Source: PVC group bacterium
GTDB taxonomy: Bacteria; Verrucomicrobiota; Kiritimatiellia; CAIKKV01
Length of the DNA: 64,000 nucleotides
Assembly: GCA_945898015.1 (NCBI GenBank)
Contig: CAMDGM010000003.1
Span: 14,618-78,617 of the forward strand
Reading direction: 5' to 3'
In this document: in pieces, positions 28,891 to 39,300 of the stretch
Numbering within the stretch: the stretch's first letter is position 1
Layout: the number at the start of each line of letters is the position of its first letter
Notes under the pieces: generated by a model
What the model was told of the DNA's origin: nothing
What the model saw: only the letters and a program-made list of their open reading frames with translations
Database searches by the model: none
Program-made: the position numbers and the translations under genes

Positions 28891-29813
28891 GCCTGACTTC
28901 TTCCGTTTTGGCGCCGGCGCAGTTGCTCCGTGCCGGGCGCCCCTGGTCCGGGCGCACGGTTCGGCCCGTCGACGTGCTTGGGTCCGGCCGTACCCGTTCC
29001 GGCGGGGTCGACGTGAACAGGCCCCTGGCCAGGCGAGGCGTCCGCCTGGTTCCGCGGGGCGACAACCTGCCTCTTACCGGCTCCGACATCCCCGTTTCCG
29101 CCGGCGCATTCCTGGCCCCAGAGACGCTGGCGGATCCGATCGCCGTCCACATGGGCCTTGTGCTGTTGAATGGCGAACCGGGAGGCCCGGACCACTTCGG
29201 AGCGGCGCAGGTTCCGGTCGATAAAGTCAGCCATCATCGGGCCGACGGTGGCATCATCCATATCGTTCAACCGCATGGTTTCGCCGGCTTCGATGATGCT
29301 TTGTATCCGGTCGCTCTGGCTGCCGTTCCCCCGCGCCAGGACCAGGTTCACCGTCTTGGCCTCAAGTCCGCTTTCCAGGGCCAGCGCGACGGTCTTCAGC
29401 AGATTGTCGTTCTCCGTTTTCCGCGCGCCATAGCCGGTTTCCTTTAACACCTCCGCGGCCGTCCGGAGGGTCGCCAGCCGCGCCTGTCCAGCCTGCAGCA
29501 AGATATTCGCCCCGGCTTTCTTTGCCGCCCCTTCTTCCAGGCGCACCAGCACGGCGTCGGAGGGCAATCCCTGGCGGGCCGCTTCTGCGACCGGCGCCAG
29601 GCAGTCGTGCGCCGCCTCGCCGGAAAGGCCGTTGGCTTTCATGGCGTTCATCAGCCGGTGCCATCGGCCCGCGTCTAAATCGGCAGGTTTTTCATTCAAC
29701 AGCCTTTCCCAGGAGCCGCCTCCGTCTGGCGGAGCTTCCCCCCCCAGGCCAGGCTCTATCAGATGGGCCAGCAGCACGATGAGGCTGCCCCTCCGGATGA
29801 ATCGGGTAATCAT
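28887..29813 (-). CDS. Hypothetical protein (308 aa) between anti-sigma and OMP
   Basis: 4-bp overlaps with both neighbours (operon); N-terminal hydrophobic segment; no recognisable family. Confidence 0.4.
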   Translation of the reverse strand: MITRFIRRGSLIVLLAHLIEPGLGGEAPPDGGGSWERLLNEKPADLDAGRWHRLMNAMKANGLSGEAAHDCLAPVAEAARQGLPSDAVLVRLEEGAAKKAGANILLQAGQARLATLRTAAEVLKETGYGARKTENDNLLKTVALALESGLEAKTVNLVLARGNGSQSDRIQSIIEAGETMRLNDMDDATVGPMMADFIDRNLRRSEVVRASRFAIQQHKAHVDGDRIRQRLWGQECAGGNGDVGAGKRQVVAPRNQADASPGQGPVHVDPAGTGTAGPKHVDGPNRAPGPGAPGTEQLRRRQNGRSQA

Positions 29814-29816
29814 AAA

Positions 29817-30416
29817 TCAACTCCTATCGTTCAAGACGTCAATGACGGCGTTTTCACGCCCGAATCCGTCCGGCCGGTGAGCCGGCGCGGCCGGGTCCGT
29901 CACCCAGACCTTGCCATTGACTAAAAATTGGTATTCGTACCGGCCCTCCGGCAGGCTGACCTCGGCCGTCCAATGGCCGGAGGCGTCCGGCCCGAGCAGC
30001 CGGATCATTCCTGGCGTCCAATTGTTGAAGTTGCCGACCAGCTCGACCTGCTGTGCGCCCGGGGCGTGAATCTGGAAGTGAACCGGCACCGTCTGGAGGC
30101 CGGGGGCCGCCAGACGACCCAGCCCCAAAAGAATCACCAGCATGGCCAGGGCGCCCGCCAGAGCCGGCAGCGCCCACTGGCTTCGCTGGGGCAGCAAGCC
30201 CTGCAAATAGTCAAGGAATGTCGCCCGGGTCGGGGCGCGAAGGGCGGCCAGGATGTTTTCCGCCAGGCCATCCGGCGCCGGCACGCGCGCCTGTTCGAGG
30301 CGCGCCAGGGCGGCCCTGTAACGGGCCACGGTGGACTGCTCGGCGGGGGTGGCGGTGTTCTCGGCGACTTCCCCGTCCAGTAGCGCCTGGATCCGGTCCT
30401 GATCTTTTGTTTTCAT
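29817..30416 (-). CDS. Anti-sigma factor with periplasmic CBM48/AMPK-beta-like glycogen-binding module
   Basis: N-terminal 'IQALLDGEV' anti-sigma motif; single TM (LPALAGALAMLVILLGLG); C-terminal 'VELVGNFNNWTPGMIRL...GHWTAEVSLPEGRYEYQFLVNGKVWVTDPAAP' E-set/CBM48 signature. Confidence 0.6.
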   Translation of the reverse strand: MKTKDQDRIQALLDGEVAENTATPAEQSTVARYRAALARLEQARVPAPDGLAENILAALRAPTRATFLDYLQGLLPQRSQWALPALAGALAMLVILLGLGRLAAPGLQTVPVHFQIHAPGAQQVELVGNFNNWTPGMIRLLGPDASGHWTAEVSLPEGRYEYQFLVNGKVWVTDPAAPAHRPDGFGRENAVIDVLNDRS

Positions 30417-30955
30417 GTTTTTGCCTGACTCGATTCCAGAAGCCGGACGAGTTCGTCCCGCCCTCGTGCGACCCGCATCTTGGCGGCGCTGACGCCGACG
30501 CCCAGCGATGCGGCAACGTCCTCGTAAGACATTCCGTCCATATGTTTCAAAACCAAGGCCTCCCGCAGGATGCCGGGAAGCTGCTTCAAGGCCGCCGCCA
30601 GCTCCTCGTCGCGGCTATCGGGCATCGGCGTCTTCTCGATGTCCTGCCATTCGACCGCCTTCTCTTCCGTGCGTTTCCGGCGGCTGAAACTGCGGAACCT
30701 GTTTTTGGCCAGGTTGGCGCCAATGCTCATGACCCAGTTTTTGAAAGCGTATTCAGCCCGGTACAGGTGCAGCTTCCGGAATGCCTGAATGAACGTCTCC
30801 TGTGTGATGTCACCCGCCTCGTGCCAGTTCCCGGTCATGCGCCACGCGAGGTTGAACACCGCATCCTGATTCCGGCGGATCAAATCCTCGAAGGCATCCG
30901 TGCGACCCGCGCGACATTCTTCCACGGCATTAAACTCGGGATCGCTCATATCCAT
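30413..30955 (-). CDS. RNA polymerase ECF-type sigma-70 factor
   Basis: Region 2 'DITQETFIQAFRKLHLY', region 4 'SYEDVAASLGVGVSAAKMRVARGR'. Confidence 0.8.
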   Translation of the reverse strand: MDMSDPEFNAVEECRAGRTDAFEDLIRRNQDAVFNLAWRMTGNWHEAGDITQETFIQAFRKLHLYRAEYAFKNWVMSIGANLAKNRFRSFSRRKRTEEKAVEWQDIEKTPMPDSRDEELAAALKQLPGILREALVLKHMDGMSYEDVAASLGVGVSAAKMRVARGRDELVRLLESSQAKT

Positions 30956-30956
30956 T

Positions 30957-30985
30957 AATATACACCGGGCGGCAGGTGTTTGTCA
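30957..30985 (-). promoter_or_regulatory. Candidate sigma70-type promoter (TGACAA-N17-TATATT on minus strand) abutting the sigma start codon
   Basis: Seen by eye; -10 lies only 2 nt from ATG so it would imply a leaderless or second-ATG start; speculative. Confidence 0.2.
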
Positions 30986-31103
30986 CCTTATTCGTCTTAT
31001 GTGTCCCATATGTGACGAGTTGGGGCGGGCAGGGGTATAACAGATGTGGCGCATCCGATAACCGGATGCCGATCGAGGGCAAAAGCCCGAAAGGAGAGAC
31101 GAG

Positions 31104-31358
31104 ATGAATCGTAAACGGTGTTTCGTGGTGGCGATGGCGGCGATGCTGGTGTTGACCGGGGTGTCTTTCGGGGGTGAGGGAAAAGCGAAGCGGCAGGGAG
31201 GCGGAGCGGGAACCGCCGCCGCGGCGGGCATCCAGAAACGGGACCGGCTGAAAGATGGAACCTGCACAACGCCGGTCGTGTCTGCCGCATCCGTGAGCAC
31301 GGCGGCCAAGACGCGCGACCGGCTGCGCGATGGATCCTGCCTGACCCCGACGCCGTAG
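31104..31358 (+). CDS. Small secreted peptide with internal duplicated Cys motif
   Basis: Signal peptide MNRKRCFVVAMAAMLVLTGVSFG; repeats 'KRDRLKDGTCTTP' / 'TRDRLRDGSCLTP'; AGGAGA RBS; followed by strong terminator. Confidence 0.45.
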   Translation: MNRKRCFVVAMAAMLVLTGVSFGGEGKAKRQGGGAGTAAAAGIQKRDRLKDGTCTTPVVSAASVSTAAKTRDRLRDGSCLTPTP

Positions 31359-31378
31359 TCGGCGGCCGGTTGGATCAA

Positions 31379-31412
31379 GGGCTGGAAGCAAGCGTGCTTC
31401 CAGCCCTTTTTT
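31379..31412 (+). terminator. Rho-independent terminator (GGGCTGGAAGCA-AGCG-TGCTTCCAGCCC + TTTTTT)
   Basis: Perfect 12-bp GC-rich stem, 4-nt loop, T6 tract. Confidence 0.8.
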
Positions 31413-31435
31413 ATTGGGCCGGCGTCCGCGCCGGC

Positions 31436-33205
31436 TTAGCGCACCTTGACCGAAACCGCATTCGAGTAGGGTGAAACGGCGGCGATGGCGTCGGTCCGGT
31501 AGGCCTGAACGCGGTAATAGTAGGTGCCTGCGGCGGGAACCGTGTTGCTGAACGTGCGGACATTCGCCCCTACGGCGCCGACGCGGGCGTAGACCACGCC
31601 CGCCCTCGAGCTCAAGCCGCGCTCAATGTAGAACCCGGTTTCATTGCTGGAATTATCCAGCCAGGTCAGGGTGACGGTGCGCAGCGAGGCCTTGGCTGTC
31701 AGGCTGGACGGGGCCAGGAGCACCGAAGGATCGGTGGTCGTGATCTTTACGGTATTGATGGCGGTGGCGCCCAGATTGTCGGTCACCACGAGGGACGCCG
31801 AAAACGTGCCGGCCTTCGTATAGGTATGGGCCGTGGTCACGCCGGCGACCGCCGCACTGCCGTCGCCAAAGTTCCACATATACAAGACGATGCTGCCATT
31901 GGGATCGTAGGACGCGCCGCCATTGAAATTGACCAGGCACGGGATGTCGCCTCCGGCGCTGTCGGCGGTAGCCACCGCCACGGGGGGCAGGTTCCCGATG
32001 GAACTGTAGGCCTTGGCCACGGCCGCATCGGCCTGGATGAGGCCGAACCCGTAAACGCTGTCCGCACCCGCAGCGCCGAGGTCCAGGCAGGTGGAGGTGA
32101 TCACGCCCTCGACGACGGCCGGGCTGAAGGAGGGATTCAGGGAGAAGATCAAGGCCGCCAGTCCGGCGGTGATGGGGGATGAATAGGACGTTCCGCTTCC
32201 GTAGCCGTAATAGCCGCCAAGAATGGTGGACCAGACGCTCAGGCCCGGGGCGACGACGTCGATGGGTGTGCCGTAATTGGAGAAACTGGTCCGCGCATTC
32301 AGGGAGTCGGTCGCGCCAACCAGGAGAATGCTGGCCGGATCGGCATAGCTGCTGATATCCATGTTTTCGTTGCCGGCGGCCATCACGACCAGGGCGCCCT
32401 TGAGGCGGGCGTCGTTGGCGGCGGCGATAATGGCGGAGTTGTAATAGCCGGAAAAGCTGATGTTGATCACCTTGGCCCCGTGGCTGGCGCCGTACGTGAT
32501 GGCCTCGGCCATGTCGCTGACATAAGCCGAACCCACACCGTCGGCGTACGTCATCCGAATCGGGAGGATGCGCACATTCCAGGCGACGCCGGCCACGCCG
32601 ATGCCGTTGTTGCCCGTGGCGCCGGCAAAACCCGCCACCATGGTGCCGTGGCCATAGGTGTCCATGCAGTTGGTCGTGTTCAGGTAGGTATTCCAGCCGG
32701 GCAGTATCAGGCGTGATTTCAGGTCGGCATGGTTCAGGTCGACACCGGTGTCGCAGACGGCGATGATGACCTGCGTGCTGCCGACCGTGAAGTCCCAGGC
32801 GCCGGCGGACCGGATGTTGACGTGCTGCCACTGATTGGCGAAATAGGGGTCGTTCGGGGTCGTGACCGCCTGTTCAACATAGTCTGGCTGGGCCCACTCC
32901 ACGGCTCCGCTGTCGAAAAGCTTGGCCGCCAGCTCTTCTTCCGTACGATTCGCGGCCCGATTGGCTTTCACGCGCAGGACGGCGTCGTTCACGAGTTTTT
33001 TTTCCAGGCGCATGTCGTAGGTCAGCAGAAGGGCGCCGAGCGCATCGCGCTGCTCCGCCGACATGTCGGCTTTCCATTTATACAGGAGCACGCCGGGCCG
33101 CCGATTTTTCTGGACGCCGCCGGCCTTGCCTGCCGCCAAGCTTGTTCCCGACAGCGTCATCGCAAAGCCCGCCGCCAACAATAATACTACAACGCGTTTG
33201 AACAT
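31436..33205 (-). CDS. Secreted subtilisin-like serine protease (S8) with C-terminal PKD and FN3-like domains
   Basis: Catalytic triad blocks 'VCDTGVDLNHADL', 'HGTMVAGFAG', 'GTSYSSPITAGLAAL'; PKD 'WNFGDGS...HTYTKAGTFSASLVVTD'; signal peptide. Confidence 0.85.
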   Translation of the reverse strand: MFKRVVVLLLAAGFAMTLSGTSLAAGKAGGVQKNRRPGVLLYKWKADMSAEQRDALGALLLTYDMRLEKKLVNDAVLRVKANRAANRTEEELAAKLFDSGAVEWAQPDYVEQAVTTPNDPYFANQWQHVNIRSAGAWDFTVGSTQVIIAVCDTGVDLNHADLKSRLILPGWNTYLNTTNCMDTYGHGTMVAGFAGATGNNGIGVAGVAWNVRILPIRMTYADGVGSAYVSDMAEAITYGASHGAKVINISFSGYYNSAIIAAANDARLKGALVVMAAGNENMDISSYADPASILLVGATDSLNARTSFSNYGTPIDVVAPGLSVWSTILGGYYGYGSGTSYSSPITAGLAALIFSLNPSFSPAVVEGVITSTCLDLGAAGADSVYGFGLIQADAAVAKAYSSIGNLPPVAVATADSAGGDIPCLVNFNGGASYDPNGSIVLYMWNFGDGSAAVAGVTTAHTYTKAGTFSASLVVTDNLGATAINTVKITTTDPSVLLAPSSLTAKASLRTVTLTWLDNSSNETGFYIERGLSSRAGVVYARVGAVGANVRTFSNTVPAAGTYYYRVQAYRTDAIAAVSPYSNAVSVKVR

Positions 33206-33298
33206 GATGGAGTCCCTTCCTGTTTCGTGTCCGACCAGTGTTGGCCATGTATACTATACACGGCCCAGGTGAAAAACGTCACATTCTTGGTTCGCCGG

Positions 33299-35002
33299 CT
33301 ATGTTCCGGATGTCGGGAACTCGAACACGTTGACACCGCAAGGGGCAACGGTGAACGGAAAGGTCGGGCCGGGCAGGATGTGGCGCTCGCCGGTCAGCGC
33401 GTCCTGGACGGTGACGGGGAATACGAGGCCGGTGTCGGGCAGGGTCACCGTGAGGGTTTGGGGCTGGTGGACGTCGAGGTTGGCGAGCAGCAGGAACGCG
33501 CCGGCTTTCTCCGAGAGGTCCCGGCGGAAGGCGGCCAGCACGGCCGCGTGCCCGTGGTCCACAAACACCAGGTTGCCGTTCTGCTTGAACAGGTCGTGCC
33601 GGGCGAGCAGGGCGTTGATGCGGGCGAAGAAGTCCGCGAATTCCGGGTTGGGCGCGAGGTCCAGTTTCTGCCCTTTCCCGATGAACGGGACGCGGTCCTG
33701 AACGCCCGCGTCCACCCCCTGGACCAGGCCGGTTTGGCCGAGCGTATAGAGGGCGGCGATGGCATACCGGGGGAGGGCGGAGCGGGCGGAGCCGAAGAGC
33801 TGGGCCGGCACGCCGGTGTCGTGGGTGGTGATGGCGCACAGGTGGCGGAGCCGGCTGGAGACGGTGTGCAGGTAGGTGATGTAGTGGCGCAGCTGCGGCC
33901 CGAAGGGATATTCCCAGCTGTTGGCCAGCAGCAGGTTGATGCCCCATTCGGGGACCGTCCGCTCCAGGGTCAGCTCATCGGTGAAATATTCCCCCAGGAT
34001 GGCCAGATCCGGGAATGGGCCGCGCAGGAAGCTGCTGAGGTCGGCAATGAATTCCGCGTTGCTGCTGTGCAGGTTGTCGAATCGGACCATGCCGCCGGTG
34101 CTGGCGGCGTAGTGGGACCAGAAGGCGGCGTATTGCTTCATGTAGCCGGCGACCTCGCGCCGGACCGCCGAGCTGGGGTGGTCGTAATAGATTGGCACCA
34201 GGTCCGCCCACCGGATCCAGGTCTGCCGGTGCCAGCAGCCGGCGCGTTTGAAGTCGTCCGGTTCGCTGTCGTCGGGGACGATCCAGTCCGGGCGGGCGAG
34301 GGCGATTTGACTGTCGGAGCAGACATGGTTCAGCACGAGGTCGAGGCAGAGCCGGAGGCCCTGCCGGCGGCAGGTTTCGACGAAGTCCTCGAATTGGTCG
34401 AGGGCGCTGCGGGGGTCGGCGGGATCCCGGTAGCGGGCGTCCACATCGAACAGGTTGGCGGCGGCGTAGGGGCTGTCGGAGAACCCCATTTGCGTGACGG
34501 GCAGGAGGTGGAGGGTGTCAAAGCCCATGGCCGCGATGCTGGGGAGAAGCGCTTTCCAGTCGGTGATGGTGCCGGAGGCGCTGGGGATGAGGGTGTAGAG
34601 GCGGACGGTCCGCATGGAGGGCGGGTCCACCAGGACATAGGAATGGGGGACCCGGTCCCAATACCAGGAGTCGCCGCCGTCCAGGGAGTATTTGAGGCGG
34701 AAGCGGTAGAGGCCGCACCGGGGCGGGGTCAGGGAGAGCGCGAAGGTTTTCCCGTCCGTGGTGGAGAAGGGGATATCGCGCCATTCGCCCGGTTCGGCAT
34801 CGTCCAGGTCCGTGTGCAGGACGACTTGAGGGGGTGCGTCTTTGCGGACATTCAGGGTGACGGTGAGGGCGAGCGGCTGGTCCCGGAAGAGGCGGAAGAA
34901 GTTTTTCCGGCCGGACGGAAAGGAGCGCTGGACGATGCCGGCTGCCCCCTTTTGGAGGGAGCGCGGGGGCAGCGGCGGGATGGGTAGGCGAGACAGCGAC
35001 AT
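33299..35002 (-). CDS. GH13 alpha-amylase-family enzyme, GlgE-like (alpha-1,4-glucan:maltose-1-phosphate maltosyltransferase-like)
   Basis: Region I 'LDLVLNHV', nucleophile region 'GMVRFDNLHSS' (GlgE-like 'FRVDNPHT'), 'AAMGFDTLHLLPV'. Confidence 0.55.
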   Translation of the reverse strand: MSLSRLPIPPLPPRSLQKGAAGIVQRSFPSGRKNFFRLFRDQPLALTVTLNVRKDAPPQVVLHTDLDDAEPGEWRDIPFSTTDGKTFALSLTPPRCGLYRFRLKYSLDGGDSWYWDRVPHSYVLVDPPSMRTVRLYTLIPSASGTITDWKALLPSIAAMGFDTLHLLPVTQMGFSDSPYAAANLFDVDARYRDPADPRSALDQFEDFVETCRRQGLRLCLDLVLNHVCSDSQIALARPDWIVPDDSEPDDFKRAGCWHRQTWIRWADLVPIYYDHPSSAVRREVAGYMKQYAAFWSHYAASTGGMVRFDNLHSSNAEFIADLSSFLRGPFPDLAILGEYFTDELTLERTVPEWGINLLLANSWEYPFGPQLRHYITYLHTVSSRLRHLCAITTHDTGVPAQLFGSARSALPRYAIAALYTLGQTGLVQGVDAGVQDRVPFIGKGQKLDLAPNPEFADFFARINALLARHDLFKQNGNLVFVDHGHAAVLAAFRRDLSEKAGAFLLLANLDVHQPQTLTVTLPDTGLVFPVTVQDALTGERHILPGPTFPFTVAPCGVNVFEFPTSGT

Positions 35003-35076
35003 CCAGGCTCCTGTTCAAAAAAAAGACCCGGAACACGGGTTCCGGGTCTTAGTATGGATAGCAGGCCTGGGTTTGC

Positions 35077-36177
35077 CTAGTTTTTTCCACGTCCCTTGAC
35101 GCCGGCCGCGGTGGCGGCGTTGGAGTGGGCCTTTTCGTGGGGCCGCAGGTCGCGCGCGGCCTGGCCGGCGCGCCACATTTCGGAGTTGCGCATGACGGCG
35201 AGCTCGACCTCGAGCAGTTGCTTGTAGTTCGGGCCGCCGCAGGTCTTCATGACGCGGCGGGCTTCGGCCTGGGACTTCACGGCCTTATACAGGTCCTTGA
35301 AGACCGGCAACGTCGCCTTCTTGAACTTCGGCTTCCAGTCCAGCGCGCCGCGCTGGGCGGTGGCGGAGCAGTTGGCGTACATCCAGTCCATGCCGTTTTC
35401 GTCGACCAGGCGGATGAGGCTCTGCGTGAGTTCCTCGACGGTTTCGTTGAACGCTTCGCTGGGGGAGTGGCCGTTGACGCGCAGCACGTCGTACTGGGCC
35501 TCCATGATGCCGGCCAGGGCGCCCATCAGCACGCCGCGCTCGCCCACGAGGTCGCTGGTGACCTCGTTTTCGAACGTGGTCGGGAAGAGATAGCCGGACC
35601 CGATGGCGATGCCGAGCGCGATGGCGCGGTCGTTGGCCCGCCCGGTGGCGTCCTGGGCCACGGCGAAGCTGGAGTTGATGCCCACGCCGGCCAGGAAGTT
35701 GCGGCGCACGGAGGTGCCGGAGCCCTTGGGGGCGACGAGCAGCACGTCGATATCGGCCGGGGGCTTCACGGAGGTGAGGTTGCGGTAGACGTAGGCGAAC
35801 CCGTGGGAGAAATAGATCGCCTTGCCGGCGGTGAGGAACGGTTTCACGCGCGGCCACACCATTTTCATGGCGCCGTCGGCCACGAGCATCTGGATGATGG
35901 TGGCGCGCTTGGCCGCTTCTTCGATGTCAAACAGGGTTTTGCCGGGAACCCAGCCGTCCTTGACCGCGCGTTCCCAGTCCTTGGGGTAGGACTTGGACTG
36001 GCCGACGATGACGTTAACGCCGTTTTCCTTCATGTTCAGCGCCTGGGCGGGACCCTGGACGCCGTAGCCGATCACGGCCACGATTTCCTTTTTCAGAACC
36101 TGCTGGGCCTTGCGGAGCGAAAACTCTTTGCGGGTGACGACGGTTTCCACGACGCCGCCAAAGTCGATCTTAGCCAT
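35077..36177 (-). CDS. ilvC: Ketol-acid reductoisomerase
   Basis: 'IAVIGYGVQGPAQALNMKENGVNV' NADPH site; 'LVAPKGSGTSVRRNF'; class-I KARI blocks. Confidence 0.85.
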   Translation of the reverse strand: MAKIDFGGVVETVVTRKEFSLRKAQQVLKKEIVAVIGYGVQGPAQALNMKENGVNVIVGQSKSYPKDWERAVKDGWVPGKTLFDIEEAAKRATIIQMLVADGAMKMVWPRVKPFLTAGKAIYFSHGFAYVYRNLTSVKPPADIDVLLVAPKGSGTSVRRNFLAGVGINSSFAVAQDATGRANDRAIALGIAIGSGYLFPTTFENEVTSDLVGERGVLMGALAGIMEAQYDVLRVNGHSPSEAFNETVEELTQSLIRLVDENGMDWMYANCSATAQRGALDWKPKFKKATLPVFKDLYKAVKSQAEARRVMKTCGGPNYKQLLEVELAVMRNSEMWRAGQAARDLRPHEKAHSNAATAAGVKGRGKN

Positions 36178-36377
36178 ACGATGAACTCCTTGGTAGTAAT
36201 GCAGCCGGACCGTCTGATTCGGCCATGAAAGAGCGGAATTATTACTGATTGTGCCGGGGAAGTCTAGGGGAAATGCAGCAAAGATGCAAAATGGGGTTGT
36301 GCCCGGTAATTATTACTACTAAGGTATAAGCATATTGTCGTATTTACCATGCGCCTGGAGGGGTGTTTTTGAAAATC

Positions 36378-39300
36378 ATGTTTCTATGCCCTAAGTGCCA
36401 GAAGAAGCTGGAGTCGGACGGGGAGGCCAGCGGGCGGAAGGTGAAATGCCCGACGTGCGGGCAGGAGATGGTGGTCCCGAACCGGGAGCTGAAGCCCGGG
36501 GTGACGCTGGGCGGGTTCTGCATTGTGCGCAAGATTGGCGAAGGGGGCATGGGCGAGGTGTTCCTGGCGCGGCAGAAGTCGCTGGACCGGGATGTGGCGC
36601 TGAAGGTGCTCACGCCGCAGCTATGCCGGGACAAGGAGTTGGTGAGCCGGTTCTTCAGCGAAGTCAAGGTGCTGGCCCGGCTGGAGCATCACGGGATTGT
36701 GACCGCCCACGAAGCCGGCGAGGACGGAGGCATGTTTTTCCTGGCCATGGCCTTTGTGCCGGGCCATTCGCTCCAGGAGCAGATCGACAAGAGCGGGGCC
36801 TTTGACGAAAAGACGGCGCTCCGGCTGGTTCGCAAAATGGCGATGGCTCTGGATTATGCGTGGACCGACCACAAGCTGCTGCACCGGGACATCAAGCCGT
36901 CCAACGTGCTGCTCGACGGCCGGGGCGAGCCGAAGCTGGTGGATTTCGGGCTGGCCAAAAGCATCGACAAGGCCGAGGGCCTGACGGTCAGCGGCACGGT
37001 GATGGGCACCCCGAACTATATGTCGCCCGAGCAGGTTCGCGGAGAGGGAAACCTGGATTTCCGGGCGGACTTGTACTCGCTGGGGGCGACGCTGTTCCAT
37101 ATGCTGACGGGGAAGATGCCCTATGCGGGCAGCAGCATCATGGAAACGCTGCAGAAGCAAATCAACGAGGCGCTGCCGGATCCGCGCACCATCAACCCGG
37201 CGGTCGGCAAGGGCTGCGTGATGCTGTTGCAGAAGATGCTGGCCAAGAAGCAGGACCAGCGGCCCGGGAGCTGGAAGGTGCTGCTGGGGGATGTTGACCG
37301 GGTGCTGGCTGGCCAGGAGCCGACCGGGCAGGCGTTGAAAGAGGGCGAATCGGTTTTGTTGATGCGCGGGGATTACCGGGGCAAGACCCCGGGCTCGAAG
37401 CGGGCGTCGTCGTCGGGTAACTCGCCTAAAAAGTGGATTGGGGTGGCAGCTGCGGCCGGTGGTCTTGTGGTGCTGGCGGCGGGCCTGACGATATGGGTGA
37501 AGCGCCGGCCTCCCGCCGGAGCGCCCGATCCTGTGCCGCAAGCGGCAGCGCCCGCCGCGGTTTCAGCCGCGCCGGTGGCGGCAGTGCCGACTGCGGCGGC
37601 GGCGAAGCTGGCGCTGGAGGCGAGAGTCCAGGAAGCGGCGGCGGTGGCGGCGGCCCAGGAAAAGGCGAGACTGGACGTTCAGGCGCGCCAGGCGGCCGAG
37701 GCGGCGGCGAAAGAACTGGCGGCCCGGGAACAGGTTGCGAAAGAAGCCGCCGCGCAGGAGGCGCGGGCGAAAGAAGAGGCAGCCAAGGCGGCCCAGCTCA
37801 AGGCGGCGCAGGAGCGCTTTTCGGCCCGGCAGGCCGAGGTGGCGGGACTGTTGTTGAAGGCGGATTTTGCGGGCGCCCGGGAAAACGCGGGAACGCTGCG
37901 GTACGATGCGGCGCTGGCGCCGGTGTCGGCGGAGGCCGAGGCGCTGGCCGCGCTGGTGGACCGGATCGGGGACCCGGACACGGTGGTGCTGCGGTCGTTT
38001 GAGAAGAACAAGGGCGAGACGGTGAAGGTGGAGGGCAAGACCGGGCTGGCTGTGGAGATGCGGGTGCTCGGGGTGTCCGGCGGCCGGGTCCAGACGCGGC
38101 AGGTCCTGCAGGGGGCGAGCGTGGACCGGGCGTTTGGGCCGGGGGACTTGAGCCTGCGGGAGCGACTGGGCCGGATCGGGGATGCAAAGACGCCGGAGGC
38201 GATGATTTTGCGGGGGCTGATGCTGGGCGTGGAGGGAGGGGACTGGGTCAAGGCGAAGCAGGTCTTGGGCGAAGCCGGGCCCGGCCTGGGCGAGGCGCTG
38301 GTGGCGGCTCTTCAGGCGAAAAGCGCGTCCCGGGAGGAGCAGGCGGCGCGCCAGGCGCTGGGCGTGATATTGAAAACGGCGGCGCTGCCGGCGGACTTGA
38401 ATGAACCGGGCCGGGTGATGGAGCTGCTGGCCGCAAAACCGCTGAGTCCTGAAAATAAGGACAAGGTCCGGGCCGGCGTGGAGTCGTTTTTAAAGACGTA
38501 CGGGAACTCGGAAGAGGCCGGCGTGGCCCGGGCCTTGGTGGAAGGCCTTAAAGGGATCGATCCGGAGGTGGCCGCGAAGCTGGAGCTGGCGGGGGTGTTC
38601 AAGCTGGCGGGCTTGACGTTGGACCTGGAGCAGACCGCGGCGCTTCTGGATGACATCGAGGCGCGCGGGTTCGGCAAGGACGCGGCGAAAATCCAGGCGG
38701 CGGCGGCGGCGTTCAAGCGCGACCATGGCAAGAGCGAGATCGGCAAGCAGGCCGCGCCCCTGGTCGCGGCCCTGGCGGCGGCCCAGGAGGCGGCGCCCGT
38801 TCCGTTCACCCCGGTTCCGATGCTCGAGGCCACCGAGGAGAATATGAAGAAGGCGCTTGCGGCGCTCCAGGCGGCCAATAAAAAGGCCACCGGGATTTCC
38901 AAGGCGGAGTATCGAGTGGTTAAAGATGGTTTGTGTTTGGCAATTCATTCGGCGGAAAACATACAGGATATTCGACCGCTGGCCGGGCTTCCGTTGAAAA
39001 CACTTTCCCTGTTAAGGGCGGAAATCAAGGATTTCACGCCCTTGACGGGCATGCCGCTTGAAACGCTGACGCTGAACAATTGGAAAGGGGATAAACTTGA
39101 TTCTTTTCCGGACTTGAAAGAGTTGCGCTCCTTGGGCCTGTCCTATTCGTCTATCAAGAGTCTGCTTCCCTTCCGCCGGCTAAAGCTTAAATCGTTGTCC
39201 GTCAATAACGGTCGGATGGACAAACTGGACGGGATCGAAGGGTTCCCGTTGGAAACGCTTTCAATCAGAAATTGCCCGGTGGAAGACTTGAGCCTGTTGG

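Noticed and set aside
33227-34987. 586-aa plus-strand ORF over the GH13 gene; 35125-36228 plus ORF over ilvC; 40045-41829 minus ORF over the esterase; 46585-48717 minus ORF over the RND pump; 50880-52043 plus ORF (His-rich) over the ArsP-like permease; 52484-53911 plus ORF over the YeeE-rhodanese gene
   Set aside because: All antisense to genes with clear family signatures; translations are Gly/Arg/His/Asp low-complexity strings characteristic of GC-rich antisense frames
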